Of a stretch of DNA of 64,000 nucleotides, positions 62,799 to 64,000 are shown piece by piece; the first letter of the stretch is position 1, and each line of letters begins with the position of its first letter. The stretch comes from Lingula anatina (lineage: Eukaryota > Animalia > Brachiopoda): NCBI GenBank assembly GCA_051362555.1, contig CM120643.1, forward strand, positions 11,878,644-11,942,643, written 5' to 3'. Below the pieces are notes generated by a model. The model saw only the letters and a list, made by a program, of their open reading frames with translations, ran no database searches and was not told where the DNA came from. The position numbers were made by a program, and so were the translations under genes.

Positions 62799-62983
62799 AT
62801 TCTTTAAAAAAAAACACTTCTTAAGAAAAACTGTTCTTAGTCATAGTTTTAAATTTCCCCTTTTTTATCCATTTTATATATCCTTTCATTTTATAACCAT
62901 TAGCAATATTTTTCTTTTAATTTGAATTTTATAATTTTTGTAAAGTCTACTGAACACATGTTGGATTTTAGACTATAAATAAA

Positions 62984-63026
<43 letters not shown>
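59903..63026 (+). mobile_element. 5'-truncated L2 LINE nested in a Tc1 copy
   Basis: Boundaries come from comparison with sister Tc1 copies (cttgcc|atattgg). Contains ORF2 and an AT-rich 3'UTR with an AGTCTA...TAGACT stem and (ATT)n tail. No ORF1 and no clear TSD. Confidence 0.92.
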
Positions 63027-63030
<4 letters not shown>

Positions 63031-63229
63031 TGGAGGAAGACAGGAATAACATTTGCTGTACATGTACAAGACCAACAATACAATTCCATGGTATAGCGGT
63101 TTTATACTCATTAGTCACATTATAAGTAGACCAGGCATTATAACTACCCAAGATCTGCCTACTTTTATTGCTCTGAGTTAGGGGGTGACACTTCTATTGC
63201 CCAGTGTGTGTAGGACCAGTAAAAAAACA

Positions 63230-63430
63230 GCGGGTCCTACGAAGATCCTGATCATTGTAAAGAGGCGCTAGCTGAAGTGGTAAGGGCACTTCACAAGATC
63301 AACAGGACTTGGAGATGGGAAATTAACAACACAGAATGGACCGGGTTAAAGTTGATCAGGAAAGCAGACAACAGATGGGAGTTGAGAAAGCTGATAGCAA
63401 AATGCCCAAGAGGCGCCCGCATATAATGGA
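63230..63430 (+). mobile_element. Old RTE-like 3' remnant
   Basis: RTWRWEINNTEWTGLKLIRKADNRWELRKLIAKCPRG resembles RTE ORF C-termini. Confidence 0.4.
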
Positions 63431-64000
63431 CATGATACGATAGGACAGTATAACAGCCATAGATATATTTTTCACAAGACGTTATCAAAATATTGAATAT
63501 TGAATTCCCTGCATGATCAGTTTGAATTTGTTAATAAATATATTTTCAAGTCCTATGATTCCTCATACCAATAAAAGACATGCCTTAGGCAAAATTTGGT
63601 CCCAATGGTCTGTACCAGAGTTTGCACATCACTGATGGAATGGTGGTTAACTACAAAGTAAATTACAATACATATTCGTCTTTAACGCTTGTTGTAGCTT
63701 GTAAATCACAGGTTAAGGGTAAACATGTATATACTATATAAATTTTGTTGCATATTTGCTGCAAACTTTTCATCTTCGTTATAAGGTGATAACTGCAGTT
63801 CTGATGACGGCAGGGGTTTATGGCGATGTAGCACCACTATAATCGAGCGTATCACCTTCAGCGTAACAATTACATTAAATAAAGTAAGCTTGACATTGTA
63901 CTTGCAACAAGGTGCTGAATTGGCTTTCATAAAACTGATTATAAAACGATGCATAAATGTCCTCGATGGACTTACCGCCTATTTCTTTGCTGTGGTTTAA

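Larger units (their letters stand above)
58692..63210 (-). mobile_element. Tc1 family A copy 3 carrying the L2 insertion
   Basis: Same TIRs, TA at 58690-91 and 63211-12; colinear with copies 1 and 2 apart from 59903-63026. Confidence 0.92.

Overview
AT-rich, intron-containing animal genomic DNA. The TE repertoire suggests a marine invertebrate such as a mollusc, but that is inference. Two spliced protein-coding genes lie on the minus strand and were reconstructed by hand from GT-AG boundaries and codon phase. The first is a 6-exon GT7-family beta-1,4-glycosyltransferase (18425->7313, ~378 aa; Leu at the donor-specificity site suggests a bre-4-like GalNAc-transferase). The second is a divergent NEK11-like Ser/Thr kinase (57444->~26471; 8 well-supported exons plus 5 less certain tail exons, ~465 aa), whose catalytic loop sits on a 30-nt microexon. 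The rest is a dense, nested transposon landscape: three copies of one defective Tc1 (DD34E) family, other Tc1 relics, two Academ-type long-TIR elements, many Harbinger, Kolobok, pogo and hAT-like MITEs, two RTE LINE copies with TSDs, a solo LTR, and Penelope, Gypsy, Tx1 and Crypton fragments. The only long intact ORF (59898-62798) is an L2-clade LINE ORF2 (APE+RT). It is inserted into the start codon of a Tc1 copy that keeps both TIRs. No rRNA, tRNA or CRISPR was recognised, and no clearly novel multi-gene system could be established from sequence alone.
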